From the NCBI RefSeq assembly GCF_006345805.1, contig NC_042998.1, positions 199,516,001 through 199,580,000 of the forward strand: a stretch of 64,000 nucleotides of DNA, given 5' to 3'. The notes below the pieces were generated by a model. That model made no database searches, was not told where the DNA came from, and saw only the letters and a program-made list of their open reading frames with translations. The DNA is from Octopus sinensis (Eukaryota). The translations under genes and the position numbers were made by a program. Of this stretch, positions 39,488 through 52,799 are shown piece after piece. Position 1 is the stretch's first letter, and every line of letters starts with the position of its first letter.

Positions 39488-41027
39488 TCAGCATCACGTT
39501 AATATTAGCAATTGATTGTTAGCCTTATAATTAGTGAAAAAATGGTTGTGTAGTCGAAGGGGTTTAGGCCAGAAAAACTGCGCTAATCTTGCATTCTTAT
39601 TTTGAACGTTACCCCCGATATGCAATAAAGCACAAATACGGAAACAATATTTGAACTATCGAACTACACGCTGAAAATCTCTCGATAGTAATTGCTGTAA
39701 CACGCCATAAATATCCTCCCATTATAATCCAAAATAATCGCACTTATGAAAAACTGAAAAACACAAACATTTATTTATTTGAAACGAAATCTATTATCAC
39801 GTTAAGACCTCTATATAATAATGATATCTACCATTAGCTACAGGTTAGAAATATTTTTGTAAAGTCACAGTCGATTATAAAACCTACTCGAGGGTGTGAC
39901 TGGCGCTTATTTTATTAGTCCTAAAGTGATGAACTTAAGACGCTATATAATAATAGGAAATTTTATTCACATCCTGCAACAGCGTTTTCAAATGATAGAA
40001 AGAATTTCCTATGCGGAAACTTATAATGAATTCTTGAATAAATAGGTTTTCAGCAGCTATTTGAACTGGCTTGATTAATTCCATGCCCTGGAGAACATTT
40101 GTATATTCTACAGGGCAATTCTGTATACGATCAACCAATTCTAATATGTGTCATTTTTATTGCTTCTTTTACCAGTTAGAACTGAATAATTGTTTTCGAA
40201 GCGATTAGAATTCCTAGAGAAAATTTAATGCAGTCGTTTAAAACTGTTACCAAATTTGTCTGGCACAGTTAACTGGTTGTACGATTAATGCTTTGTGTCG
40301 AGCGATCAATACTAAGTTTTTGGTAAAGAACAGTAATGCTGAATGACCTACTTTTATTTGCTCCATGAGCTGGCTGTTTAACCAACGAAGTGGACTATTT
40401 AATTAGCTTGCAAATCTTAACTCTAATCCCTCAAATAACTAGTGTAAAAAAATAAGTATACCTACTCGCTTGTGGTTAATAGTCCTAGTCAATTACGAAT
40501 CATTTCCTTCGATAATTCTTGAAATCACTACTATTAATTTGTAGAAAATGAGACGACAATACAATGAATATATTTTGCTGTTCAAACAATTCTGCCAGCT
40601 TCTTGCTCTAATGTTTAAAAATATTGCATTCTTACTATGTGACAAGGGTAAATTTCCTCTAGGAGTCACGTAGCACCAAACGAATAAATTAAGACAACTC
40701 TTGCGATATCTGAGCTGAAGTTTGGATAGAAAATTCTAATAGCCATATATTTTAGAACACTTCTTGGAAAGAAAATCACGATGGTAAAAGAAAAAAACGA
40801 TGATAAAACACAAGCTTAGTATATAAACTTTTAAGATACGCAATGAAAACTGGTGACTTATTGCTCATAGAAAAGAAATGGGGAGATGAGAATGCACATA
40901 TCATCTTGGTTGACTGTGTATTTTATGCTGTATTGTATTACGAATCTCTCAAATATTTTAACATGGACCATATGCATTCATCCACTGATGTGTATACATA
41001 ATACGTATACATATATATATATATATA

Positions 41028-41421
41028 TACTCTTTTACTCTTTTACTCTTTTACTAGTTTCAGTCATTTGACTGCGGCCATGCTGGAGCACCGCCTTTAG
41101 TCGAGCAAATCGACCCCGGCACTTATTCTTTGTAAGCCCAGTACTTATTCTATCGGTCTCTTTTGCCGAACCGCTAAGTGACGGGGACGTAAACACACCA
41201 GCATCGGTTGTCAAGCAATGCTAGGGGGACAAACACAGACACACAAACATATATATATATATACGACGGGCTTCTTTCAGTTTCTGTCTACCAAATCCAC
41301 TCACAAGGCATTGGTCGGCCCGGGGCTATAGCAGAAGACATTTGCCCAGGATTCCACGCAGTGGGACTGAACCCAGAACCATGTGGTTGGTTAGCAAGCT
41401 ACCTCCCACACAGCCACTCAA

Positions 41422-41465
<44 letters not shown>

Positions 41466-41605
41466 CTATACGACTGGCTTCTTTCAGTTTCCGTCTATGA
41501 AATCCACTCACAAGGCTTAGGTCGGCCAGATGCTATAGTGGAAGGCACTTGCCGAAGGATCCATGCTGTGGAACTGTGGGACTGAACCCGGAACCATGTG
41601 TTTGG
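41028..41605 (-). mobile_element. SINE family A full copy followed by a second 5' module
   Basis: 41028-41420 is complete; 41466-41605 is a diverged 5' module. Confidence 0.88.
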
Positions 41606-41654
41606 GATATACAAACATACATATATATATATGTGTGTGGTGTGTGTGTGTGAG

Positions 41655-41765
41655 GACGTATGCCCAAATGGTTAGGGTATTGCACACATGATCGTGAGAT
41701 CGTGGGTTCAAATCCTAGCCCGGATGGTGTGTTGTGTTCTTGAACAAACTACTTCATCTCACCTG
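41655..41765 (+). mobile_element. Degenerate SINE head resembling 45522 (head 2)
   Basis: atggttagggtattgcac...gggttcaaatcc...gtgttgtgttcttgaacaa. Confidence 0.55.
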
Positions 41766-43000
41766 TACAGGCAAGGAAGAATTCATGGAAAGAGTGAACT
41801 AATGTACGGCACATACATTTGACGACTATAAACAATTCACTGTGCAGGTCGTTTGGTAAAAGGTGAATGTATAATATTGCTAATGGCCATTTTAATGTTG
41901 CCGTCTTCTAACGGTGTCGAAGGTTAGAAAAGGCCATGACTGTTGCCTTTCCCATCTACGTAAGCCAATGAGGAACGATGAAATGATGAAAACACCTAAC
42001 GCTTCTTGACTCAGTCTCTTTCCTCCAGCATCAACTATAAGTAGTATCTTTCATGTTTACTGAGTAACAAGATACTCAACTGAGTTATGACATAAACTTA
42101 ATTGCACAAATTTTTACTGTGTGCGGAGTCGCTTAAATCGATTTGAAAACTTAATTGATTCTTATTTTACCAATATTGAATGATTTCCAATTTTCTCAGA
42201 GTTTGAACTCAAAGCGTAACTGGACATTATATTTTTGAGATCGTCTTGTGATGGATGCACCAACATTTTTGCCAATTGTTTGAGCACTACACTTATTGAA
42301 CCAGCAAAACAATCTCTACGTGGTCCCTGGATCTACTTGAAATACGTGCCATATCTCCCTCTTATTATCCAGTTTAAAATTAACCGTATATTGTTAAAGA
42401 CCTTTTACTTCCAAATAATTCAAATTCCAATCTCCCTTTCACTAGCTCGAAGATTCCTGCCAATAATGTTCTCCATATTATAAAGCACAACATTTATGGC
42501 AAAATAAAATTTTAGGAAAATAAAAATAAGAAAAAAGTGGAAATTTACCGGCGAGTGTGTTATATTATAAAACACAAAAAGAAAATGACTCTCCCCAGAC
42601 ACAAAAGAATATATTTCAACACACGAACTCATATAAAGAATCTTGCAAACCAAATCCCAAAACGAAATACACATCGCTATTTTTATCATTCACCATTCCG
42701 CCGAACTCAATAAAATAGCTTTTACTTCGGTGTTTTTTAGAAAATAGAACGACTAAAAGTATAATCTCTTTCTTACATGCTAGGTTCCCAGCAAATTATT
42801 CTCTGCTAGACATAACGAACTCAGTTCTCTCAAATTAGAGATTCTGCTGCCTGAAAAAAAGCAAACACAACAACAACAACAACTCCAAATGACTCATTAG
42901 AAACTCTGTATTTGAATAGGAAAATTGTTTGGCGACGGCTAGTATTCCTTTTATCATGAGTCGGCTTGACGAAGGTTGATCTAGAGCTTATAATACACTG

Positions 43001-43415
43001 TCGGCGAGCTGCAGAATCGTTAGCATGCCGGGCGAAATGCTTAGCGGTACTTCGTCTGTCGCTACGTTCCGAGTTCAAATTCCGCCGAGGTCGACTTTAC
43101 CTTTCATCCTTTCGGGGTCGATAAATTAAGTACCAGTTACGCACTGGGGTCGATGTAATCGATTTAATCCGTTTGTCTGTTCTTGTTTGTCCTCTCTGGG
43201 TTTAGCTCCTTGTGGGTAGTAAAGAAATAGGTACTTCGTCTGTCGTTACATTCCGAATTCAAATTCCGCCGAGCTCGACTTTACCTTTCATAATTTCGGG
43301 GTCGATAAATTAAGTACCAGTTACGCACTGGGGTCGATGTAATCGATTTAATCCGTTTGTCTGTCCTTGTTTGCCCCCCCTATGTGTTTAGCCCGTTGTG
43401 GATAATAAAGAAATA
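43001..43415 (+). mobile_element. SINE family B dimer
   Basis: Second unit is head-less, joined at aaagaaataggtacttcgtctg. Confidence 0.92.
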
Positions 43416-44489
43416 TATATTACACTGTCGTTATAAAAGAATATTTAGGATATTTCATCCTTGGAAAATAACAGGCAAATGGTCACGACTAAAGACAAAT
43501 TCAATGGATTCGAACTGACCTTGGGCTAATCAATAACAATAAAAGTACCACCATCACCGCCACGCTTTATTGGACTGGTTAGCAATGACTGTATAACTGA
43601 AGTGACATGACAATAGATGCATAAATGGATGTATGAATAGACGCACACAGTTTCCATGACATGAAAATGTGCAACCTGCTATTAAGTCGCCACTGAAACA
43701 TCACGTAAATATGACGGTTCTTTGTGATAACTTAAAATAGTGTTCGACTCTGAATACTATTTAGCATTTATCAGATTGTATCGTTTGTGTATTTCGATGA
43801 TATTCTCCACCAGATATTTCTCCTTTGTGCATGAAACAATGCATATTACGAACGCCATTTGTTTGATTGCTGCCTTTATTTTTATTTCCATAAGTATTGG
43901 GAATAACATCACATCATTTTTATATATATATTTTTTTTGTAATATCGTCCCTAAAATATTTCATTCAAGTACACGATATCCTTCAAGGTGTTATATAAAA
44001 ATCTCGTGAATATTGAATGACAGAGAATGATCAATTGTTATCATTGCACAAGGACTTCGATATCTCGCACTGTGCATCATTGTTTTACCGATTCTCTCTC
44101 TCTCTCTCTCTCTCTTTTTATGCGCTCTCATATTTATTATTCTTCCTCACACTGTTTGTACATAGGATGAAATACAATTGAAATAACTTCTTGTTGTAAA
44201 ATAAACAAGAATAGGAGAAAATGTAACAAAAATAGTGAGAAATAAACTTAACAGAAAATATTCCAAGAAAACAGAGGATCATAATATGAGTTTGTTTTTC
44301 TCTCTATATGAGTGAAGACTAAACTTGTATTGTTTTAATCTATCTTATCTTACCTTATCTTATCTTATGTCTTTATTACTTTCCCTCCCACTCATAACTC
44401 CCCTCTCTCTCTATCTCTCTGTAAATATATATATATATATATATATATGAATTCCCTCCTAGCGTGCGGTACCTATGAATAATAGTACC

Positions 44490-44535
<46 letters not shown>

Positions 44536-44537
<2 letters not shown>

Positions 44538-44745
44538 TCTTACTCTTACTCTTTTACTTGTTTCAGTCATTTGACTGCAGCCATGCTGGAGCACCGCCTT
44601 TAGTCGAGCGAATCGACCCTGGGACTTATTCTTTTGTAAGCCCAGTACTTATTCTATCGGTCTTTTTTGCCGAACCGCTAAGTGACGGGGACGTAAACAC
44701 ACCAGCATCGGTTGTCAAGCAATGCTAGGGGGACAAATACAGACA
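44536..44745 (-). mobile_element. SINE family A, 3' module only
   Basis: Matches 1961-2170. Confidence 0.9.
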
Positions 44746-44752
44746 CACAAAC

Positions 44753-44783
<31 letters not shown>

Positions 44784-45521
44784 CATTCATTCGCACATAC
44801 CACACACACATGCACTCACACATACCATATACACATACTCACACATACCACACACACACGCACTCACGCGCACACACAAACCACATACACACATAAATAC
44901 ACACACAGACACACAAGAAAACATACACACACACAGAAATCTATCTATATATACACACATGCGTACAAATACACGCATATACTTACGCACATACAATCCC
45001 TCTCCCGCACACTAATAATTTATCACACACGTACTCAACAGCGCACTGACATACTAGAACAGATACTTATTCAAATACACGCGCACACACAGAAAAACAC
45101 ACAGAAACACACACATACAATTTTAATGAGTTTGTCTGGAAGTAAATTTATTTATTATTTCAATTGACCTGAGGTGACAAACGTTAAGATTGTCTGGATA
45201 TTATGAATCAAATGTTTACATTATACGTTGTTATTAAAAGGTTAAATTTCCGGAAACGACCTCAGGTCACCTTAACGACCGAGAAGTTAACTACAGCCAT
45301 ACTGTAATGATTAATTAAATTCGACTAATTCAAAAGATATAAACTGTTGATCATTTTTCTAATTGGAACCCTATTTTTTTTCATATATTTATAATACACT
45401 TTCAATGTGACTAATCTCCGACCAATTCTACAGACCCTTGTTAATCTTGTATAGGGCTATATTAGGAACACCTCTATGGTATAAGACGTTCCAGCTCTGA
45501 TTACCATATCTTCTTTTCTGT

Positions 45522-45843
45522 GAAGGCGCGTGGCTTAGTGGTTAGGGCAATCGGCTCCCGATTGTAAGGTCGTGAGTTCGATTCCCGGCGACGCGTTGTG
45601 TCCTTGAGCAAGACACTTTATTTCACGTTGCTCCAGTCCACTCAGCTGGCAAAAATGAGTTGTACCTGCATTTCAAAGGGCCGGCCTTGTCACACTCTGT
45701 GTCACGCTGAATCTCCCAGAGAACTACGTTAGGGGTACTCGTGTCTGTGGATTGCTCAGCCACTTGCACGTTAATTTCACGAGCAGGCTGTTCCGTTGAT
45801 CATATCAGCGGGGACCCTCGTCGTCGTAACTGACGGAGTGCTC
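45522..45843 (+). mobile_element. SINE with head 2 and family C tail 1
   Basis: tggcttagtgg A box, gagttcgattcc B box, tgtccttgagcaagacact body; the 3' 180 bp matches 13370-13555. Confidence 0.9.
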
Positions 45844-47151
45844 CTATATATATATATATATATATCTTCTTTTCAGACACAGTATAACTAAGGCGTCATT
45901 ATCGCACCTTCTGCTTGTTTTCGAAAAACACACTGATATTGTATGGAGTTTGGGTACTATATCTTGCATGTCACAAATGTGTGCTTGTCTCTTTCGACGA
46001 ACACCAGCAATATTCTGTGACAGATATACACTATTGTAATCCTCATTCTGAATTTTAGGCCTCTTCAGTCTTTCTTCTGTGCTCGATCTTATGCTTCAAA
46101 CGGTTCAATAATTTCTTACTATCTTACGAAGAATGTACGATCTTCTACTGATATTTGAGATGAAATCCTCATGATATATACTGGTTATTGATTTTCGTCT
46201 GAAGTAATTGATGACTGATACATTCCCTTTCAAGTAAGATTTTTAAAACTTTTCTGCCTTAATGTGATAGATCATCATCGAATAAAAGACAAGATTACTT
46301 CCATACACTAGCTTATGAATGAGGAGCGGTGATGCGTTCTTGCACAACTGGTCCCTATTCAGTGTCGATTAAATAAGTACTTTGCAATACTGTTGTAACG
46401 AATACCGATCTGCGTCACACGACAGACTTGCTGCTAACCTGTTCGAATAAATAATTCATCAACAATCATACACTTTGCATGAATGCAACAGAAGCAACGG
46501 TATATGCAACTGAAATTCGTCTGGGACTGGAAATATATAAACTAAGATCTTAAATGGGTGATAGTCTGCCTCGTTAAAAGTAAAACGAAACATTTCGAAA
46601 TTGTTTTGCAAACTACCTCCTACTTTATTATCTCTCAATACGTCAGAACTAATACCATTCTCGCTGAGAAAAAGTTAAAACATTAAGGTCCTCCAAAACA
46701 TTAATCTATCGAAACAGAGTTTCCAATTCAGTTAAAGGTACCTGCTTTCAATTTTGGGTAATGTTGTAATTTTCTTTTCTTATAACACATACACACACAC
46801 ACATATGTATGCATGCATATATGTGCGTATATATAGGATATACATATATGTATGTGCATATATATATATATATTAATAAGTTGCTCAAAACCGAAAATAT
46901 TAGAAATAGCAGCCAAATAGATCACTATTTCCACTACTAATAAAAAAGTCTCCACAAACAAACAGAATTTGCAACCCGTATATGGTAAAGAGAAAGAAAA
47001 TAACGAAATCCCCGCCTATTTGAGCAACTTGTTGCAATTAACCCTTTATTATAATTAATATAATTCTTACCAAATATGGTCATTTCCATACCGAAAAAAC
47101 TAATAGGTGAAATTTATTAATTTTATTAAATTAATTATATTTCACCCTTTT

Positions 47152-47152
<1 letters not shown>

Positions 47153-47232
<80 letters not shown>

Positions 47233-47259
47233 TATACACACACACACATATATATATAT

Positions 47260-47292
<33 letters not shown>

Positions 47293-47339
47293 GTATATAT
47301 ATATATACTATATATATATATATATATATACATATATAT

Positions 47340-47378
<39 letters not shown>

Positions 47379-47393
47379 CATATATATACACAC

Positions 47394-47439
<46 letters not shown>

Positions 47440-47448
47440 CATATATAT

Positions 47449-47481
<33 letters not shown>

Positions 47482-47533
47482 CATATATAACACACACACA
47501 TATATATATATATATATGTATATACATATATAT

Positions 47534-47568
<35 letters not shown>

Positions 47569-47577
47569 CATATATAT

Positions 47578-47622
<45 letters not shown>

Positions 47623-47624
47623 AT

Positions 47625-47670
<46 letters not shown>

Positions 47671-47687
47671 TATATATACATATATAT

Positions 47688-47720
<33 letters not shown>

Positions 47721-47845
47721 CATATATATACACACACACATATATATATATATATATGTATATACATATATATACACACACACACACACACATATAATAT
47801 ATATATATATATATATAATATATATATATATACACACGCGCACAC
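47153..47845. repeat. Higher-order (TA)n(CA)n minisatellite
   Basis: Recurring tatatgtatatacatatatatacacacac unit. Confidence 0.95.
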
Positions 47846-47939
47846 AGAGTGGGCCATAGTTATGTGACACATTTTAAATGCTATATTTTGGATTATAGAA
47901 ATGACATAGCGTACCAAATGTATTTATTGCATAACTCTA

Positions 47940-48200
47940 TACAGGGATTTAACATATTATCGAAGGTTTTACTACTTTTTACCAATAATTGGTGTTAGTG
48001 ACCCTTATTATGCGGATTCCAAAAGAAATTGCATACGTGGTCGAAGCATACATCACCACCGAAAGATCCATTGCAGCAGCCCAATGAAAATTTCGACAGT
48101 ATTTTCTTGTTTTAATCAAAAGTATATGATTGCCTTGAAGAATTTGTTGAGATATTTTCTGAAGATGAAACCATTGCTAGTCTTAGTATACACAGTAAGT
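47940..48200 (+). pseudogene. Possible 5' remnant of a mariner-like transposase, cut by the Tc1 insertion
   Basis: tacaggg TIR-like start; translation AYVVEAYITTERSIAAAQ*KFRQYF resembles N-terminal HTH regions of mariner-like transposases. Confidence 0.4.
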
Positions 48201-48207
48201 ATATATA

Positions 48208-49826
48208 CTCTGCGTCCAACGTTATTAGGCAAATCAACCTTCTATCAATAAATAAATGCATTTTCGTTCAGAACCAGTTTTTTTCCCAATAATGATTGCT
48301 AGCAACACATATCTGCGCACATTCTGTTAAAATAAATCGGATCTGCGCAGACAAAAACAAACGGTGGCCATTGTCGTGTAGCAGCAACATTTCTGCTGTC
48401 CCAGATGTGTCCCCGATTATTAGGCACCCAATTTAAGTGTCGATATGAGTCAGAAACGTCATCTTACTTCGGATGAGTAGTTTACCATCGTGTCAGAACT
48501 TGGAAAAGGAAAAAAACAACTATAGAAATATCAAAAATACTGGGTAGAGATCACCGAACAGTGAAAAAAATTGTGCAGTCCCCTATTTCGGTCCGGTCGA
48601 AGGTAGATAAGGGTAAGTCGAGGATTACTTCGAGTCGAACTTTGTCACGTTTTAAAAGAGAAGTTGTGTAGAAACTATGTCTGACAAGTAGAGTAGTTTT
48701 CAAACATGGCCGGGAAGACGTATCGAAAACTACCAGGTATCGCCTCTTGAATCAGATAGCCAGGAATGTTAAACCTGTTACAAGGCCCACCTCTGAAGGC
48801 TGTTCATAAGCAGAAGAGAGTAAAATGGGAAAAAGAATATATTAAGATTTTCAATAGTTCAGTTCATTGACAAATGCCGTGCTCCCATTGACAGACCAGA
48901 TGGGTATCAATCAGCGGGAACCGTCCTCATCGTTTGAGAAGCCAACAGGAGGGAGATGGGAGCCATGTTTTGAGCTGACATCATCGTTGGTATGATGGTC
49001 GGGCCATGGAAAATCCCAGATGGCATTAAGATGACATCGAAAACGTATGTTACATTCTTAACGAAAAATTTCCAACCATGGTTCAAAAAGCAAAAACTTT
49101 CATTCAATAGATAGATAGGTAGGTAGGTAGGTAGGTAGGTAGGTACATACATACAAGATAACGTCCCGCCTCATGCAGCGAGGAATTATAAGGAAGACCT
49201 GCAGCAAATAAGATTCTCTGGAGGTCATTTGATTGAGTGACCACCTTGTTCCCTTGATCGAGAACCTGTGGAGTGTCCCGAAGAGGCCCGTTTACGACGA
49301 TGGACGGCAGCTTTCAAGTAAAGTTGTCCTCTGAGATGCTATTGTAGATGCTGCTCAAAGCATGACACTAGAAGAAGTCATCATCTTAACAAGTTCAATG
49401 GATCAGCGCGTAAGAAAGGTTATTGTATGTGGAAGATCATGCATCAAACATTAAAAGCTGTACGACATCATAATCCCATGATTATTTTCATTTGAACGTA
49501 ATATTATGTTTACCATTAAGTCCTTTATGAATAAGTTTTCTGTTAAATCTTTACTGTTGGATTAAATAAATGTTGGATTAAATAAATGTTTGTTCTCACA
49601 CAATTATCATATTTATTATACTTGCTGAATAATTTGTGACAGTGAAAATGTTGCCCAATCACAAACATGGCTGGCATTTGTTGGCGTCTGCGCAGATCCG
49701 ATTTATTTTTATCAGAATGTGCGCAGATAGGTGTTGGTCAACATTCAGTGGGAAAACAACTGGTTTTGAACGAATATATATTTATTTGAGAGAAGATTGA
49801 TTTGCCTAATAATGTGGGACGCAGTG
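48208..49826 (+). mobile_element. Full-length decayed Tc1-type transposon (1619 bp) with long TIRs and TA TSD
   Basis: TIRs of about 150 bp or more (c(t/a)ctgcgtcc..ttattaggcaaatcaa...cggatctgcgcagac); TA on both flanks; EISKILGRDHRTVKK, FIDKCRAPIDRPDG, QDNVPPHAAR, IENLWSV. Confidence 0.93.
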
Positions 49827-49900
49827 TATACGTATGTATGTACCTACCTACCTACCTACCTACCTACCTACCTATCTATCTATCTATCTATCTATCCATG

Positions 49901-49961
<61 letters not shown>

Positions 49962-49964
49962 AAA

Positions 49965-50240
49965 CGATCCCTATTGATCGTTTTTTTTCCTCTTCCCCTT
50001 TTTTCCTCTTTTTTCTTCTTTTTTCATTTTTCTTTTCTTTTGTTCCTTTTCCCTTTTTCTTTTTTTCCTTTTCCTTTTTTTTCGTTTTTTTCTTTTTTTT
50101 GTTCTTTTTTCCCTTTTACGATCCCTTTTGATCGAAAACCTACGCCACCTTTTTTTTATTTTTTCTCTCCCCCAAAAGAAAAGCTCTACCTCGTAACTTG
50201 TCCCATCTGTGTCCAGCCCTGTGTGGCCAATAAAGAAACT
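49965..50240 (+). mobile_element. 5'-truncated retro-insertion: T-rich 3' UTR with a Tx1-like tail
   Basis: Ends gtccagccctgtgtggccaataaagaaac; flanked by the 14-bp direct repeat TATCTATCTATAAA (49951-49964, 50241-50254). Confidence 0.75.
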
Positions 50241-50377
50241 TATCTATCTATAAAGACTATATTTCCAGTATAGGTAGGATAACAAAAGAAAATACTCCAT
50301 CCAGTGAGTGATAATAATAATTTAATATACAAAATTTTGAAAGCGCTATAAATAGTCTCATGTGTGAAGATACATTA

Positions 50378-51480
50378 AATTGGCAGATTTATGTTGGGTG
50401 CTGTGAATCTCTATCCAATCTCTGATGCCCAGTTCATGTGTTAGATATATTAAAAAAAGCAGGACACTTGTCTATCAAAAAAACATGAGATAAAATGGAG
50501 AAGAAAAAATTGAAAGCTACACGAAGATTGATGCAAAAATTGGAACTAGAAGAGAGAAAAAAAAACGGTAAGAAAACCAAAATATTCTTCCTGTTTGACT
50601 GTAGAAATCATAATTAATGTCGATGTTGCAGAATGATATAAAAGAAAGGAGGCCAAAGTGTAGGAGATAGCTATTGAATACCGAGTGGCCCGTGTCATCC
50701 AGTACGACAACAGAAACTGATTGTGTTTTTGCAGCTGTTAAAAGTTTTGTATCTGGAATTAAGTAGTGTGGTGTAATTCTTGGGCCCACAAACAAAAATT
50801 TGGATTTCCGTGTTCCATTCATATATGGTACAGATTTGTCCACGATTGTATGTGTCGTGATTTGTCCACTTGATTGTATGTGTCGTGCATTTGGTGTTCA
50901 GATCCCATAAATGGCTAGCAAATTTAGTAGAATTATTTTCATCAATGAGTCGGGATGAAGACTGGTGGTTTACATACCACCTACAATTATGTCGAGAATC
51001 GCGGAGAAATCTACGTCATTTATAACTGGATCATAGAGATGCGAGATATGTTTCGCTGAAAGATCGCACATTCCTTTTAGGTCTAAGAATCCCGACACAC
51101 ATCTTGATTCCCCATCCGAAATTTTAGCAAATGCAAACACATAAACAAGTTTTTGTTGTCGAACTGGAGGAACCACCTGTTCCGGATTGAGAAGCTCCCT
51201 CACAAACATTGGCATCTCTTCTGTTATATTATTCTGCACCAGCTTCATTAATTATGGCTTCTACATTCAAAGAGGACGATGATTTTGGTTCTCCCTTATT
51301 TTCTTTCTTCCTTTTCCACTTTTTGCATCAATCTATTTCGCTTTTTATGTTCTTCTTGATTTTCCTCGTGTTGTCTTATAGTCCAGCATCCTGGATTTTA
51401 AATACATCTAACGTATGGACTGAGACTGCAAGATTGTTTGGAGCTACATCCTGTGTCATAAATCTGCTAATTTGATAAAA
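50378..51480. repeat. Diverged inverted duplication of about 420 bp of coding-like DNA (50378-50795 plus, 51070-51480 minus)
   Basis: Manual alignment: gcagatttatg, gttagat, gattgatgcaaaaa, tgtagaa..cataattaatg, tccagt.cgacaaca.aaact, ttctt. Confidence 0.85.
50970..51248 (-). CDS. 92-codon ORF of unknown function in the right arm of the inverted duplication
   Basis: In-frame amino-acid similarity to the disrupted plus-strand paralogue (MKLVQNNITEEMPMFVRELLN vs MSMLQNDIKERRPKCRR*LLN). Confidence 0.4.
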   Translation of the reverse strand: MKLVQNNITEEMPMFVRELLNPEQVVPPVRQQKLVYVFAFAKISDGESRCVSGFLDLKGMCDLSAKHISHLYDPVINDVDFSAILDIIVGGM

Positions 51481-51919
51481 CTTAAAACCATGATCGGCAA
51501 CGACGACAACGACAACAACAAAAACAACAAAAACACTTAAGCTACAACTACCAAACCTAAATCTGTTGAAAATTTAAACCCAAATGCATGCACCAATTTT
51601 ACAGTTGTGAACAGACTCAACGATGGCGTCATGGATTATCTAATGGTAAAGAAAAATAAAATTCAAACAGAGGAGGAGGAATTTGAGAATAGAATTCTCA
51701 AATCCCCGAAAGACAAACTTAATTAAAACATCATCAGCCTTTTATAGGACAATTCGAGAAAAATACCCGGCTAGTGCGGGAATTTGGAAAAAACTACTGA
51801 TAAAAGTCTGTTAGAAGGGACTTTCAGGAGACTGTCATCCGGAGAGAGGATCGGAATATCCTCCCTCCCTCCTCCTCCTCCTCCTCCTCATCATCATCAT
51901 TATTGTTGCTGTTTTAAAG

Positions 51920-52125
51920 CGGGGAGCTGTCAGAATCGTTAGCACGCCAGGTAAAAGGTCTTTCGTCAGTAGTTACGTTCTGCGTTTAAATCGCGCCGAT
52001 TCTGACTTTGCTTTTTATCCCTTTGGGGTCGATAATATAAGTACCAGTTGAATACTGAGGTCGATGCAATCAACTATCTCCTTCCCCATAAATCTCAGGC
52101 CTTGTGTCTGTAGTAGAAAAAATTA
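51920..52125 (+). mobile_element. Degenerate SINE family B copy (tail 2) followed by (TTA/TCA)n
   Basis: gagctgtcagaatcgttagcacgcc ... ggccttgtgtctgtagtagaaaa. Confidence 0.8.
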
Positions 52126-52204
52126 TTATTGTTGTTGTTGTACTTGTTGACGTTGTTGTTGCTGTAGAGGCTGTTGCCGTTGCTATTTTAACATTAATAT
52201 TCAT

Positions 52205-52223
52205 ATTGTCATCATCATCATCA

Positions 52224-52287
<64 letters not shown>

Positions 52288-52311
52288 TATTATTATCATT
52301 ATCATATTATT

Positions 52312-52343
<32 letters not shown>

Positions 52344-52467
52344 CATCATCATCATCATTTATTTTTTGTTCCTTCTTTCTTCAAATTTTCTTCCGTTTCT
52401 CGCCGAGTGTTTTCCATACACCTAGAGCAGAGAAGCTCATTGTACTGACTGACTCTGTCATGTCTTG

Positions 52468-52512
<45 letters not shown>

Positions 52513-52751
52513 GGGTAATGAATTAGCTGAATCGTTTAAGCGCCAACCAAAAATGTTTCGTGGTATTTACATAAAATTCTTTACGTTCTTTGTTGAAATC
52601 CATCCGATGTCAATTCTATCTCTGATGCCTCCGTGGTCGTTAACGAAAAAAGCAAGTGAAATACTGAAGTTGATATAATCAGCCATTTCCAACCCACAAA
52701 TTTCTGGGCTTCTGCCTATCTGAAAGCAGATCATTAGATATTGGTGAATAC

Positions 52752-52790
<39 letters not shown>

Positions 52791-52799
52791 TTAGTACTT

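Noticed and set aside
42380-42500. Protein-like frame MLCFIIWRTLLAGIFELVKGRLEFELFGSKRSLTIY on the minus strand
   Set aside because: No acceptor upstream, and a phase clash with the adjacent candidate exon across an implausibly short gap.
50517-50843. Minus-strand ORF resembling a membrane protein (GRIFWFSYRFFFSLLV)
   Set aside because: It is the antisense reading of the A-rich plus-strand arm of the inverted duplication; the hydrophobicity follows from T-richness.
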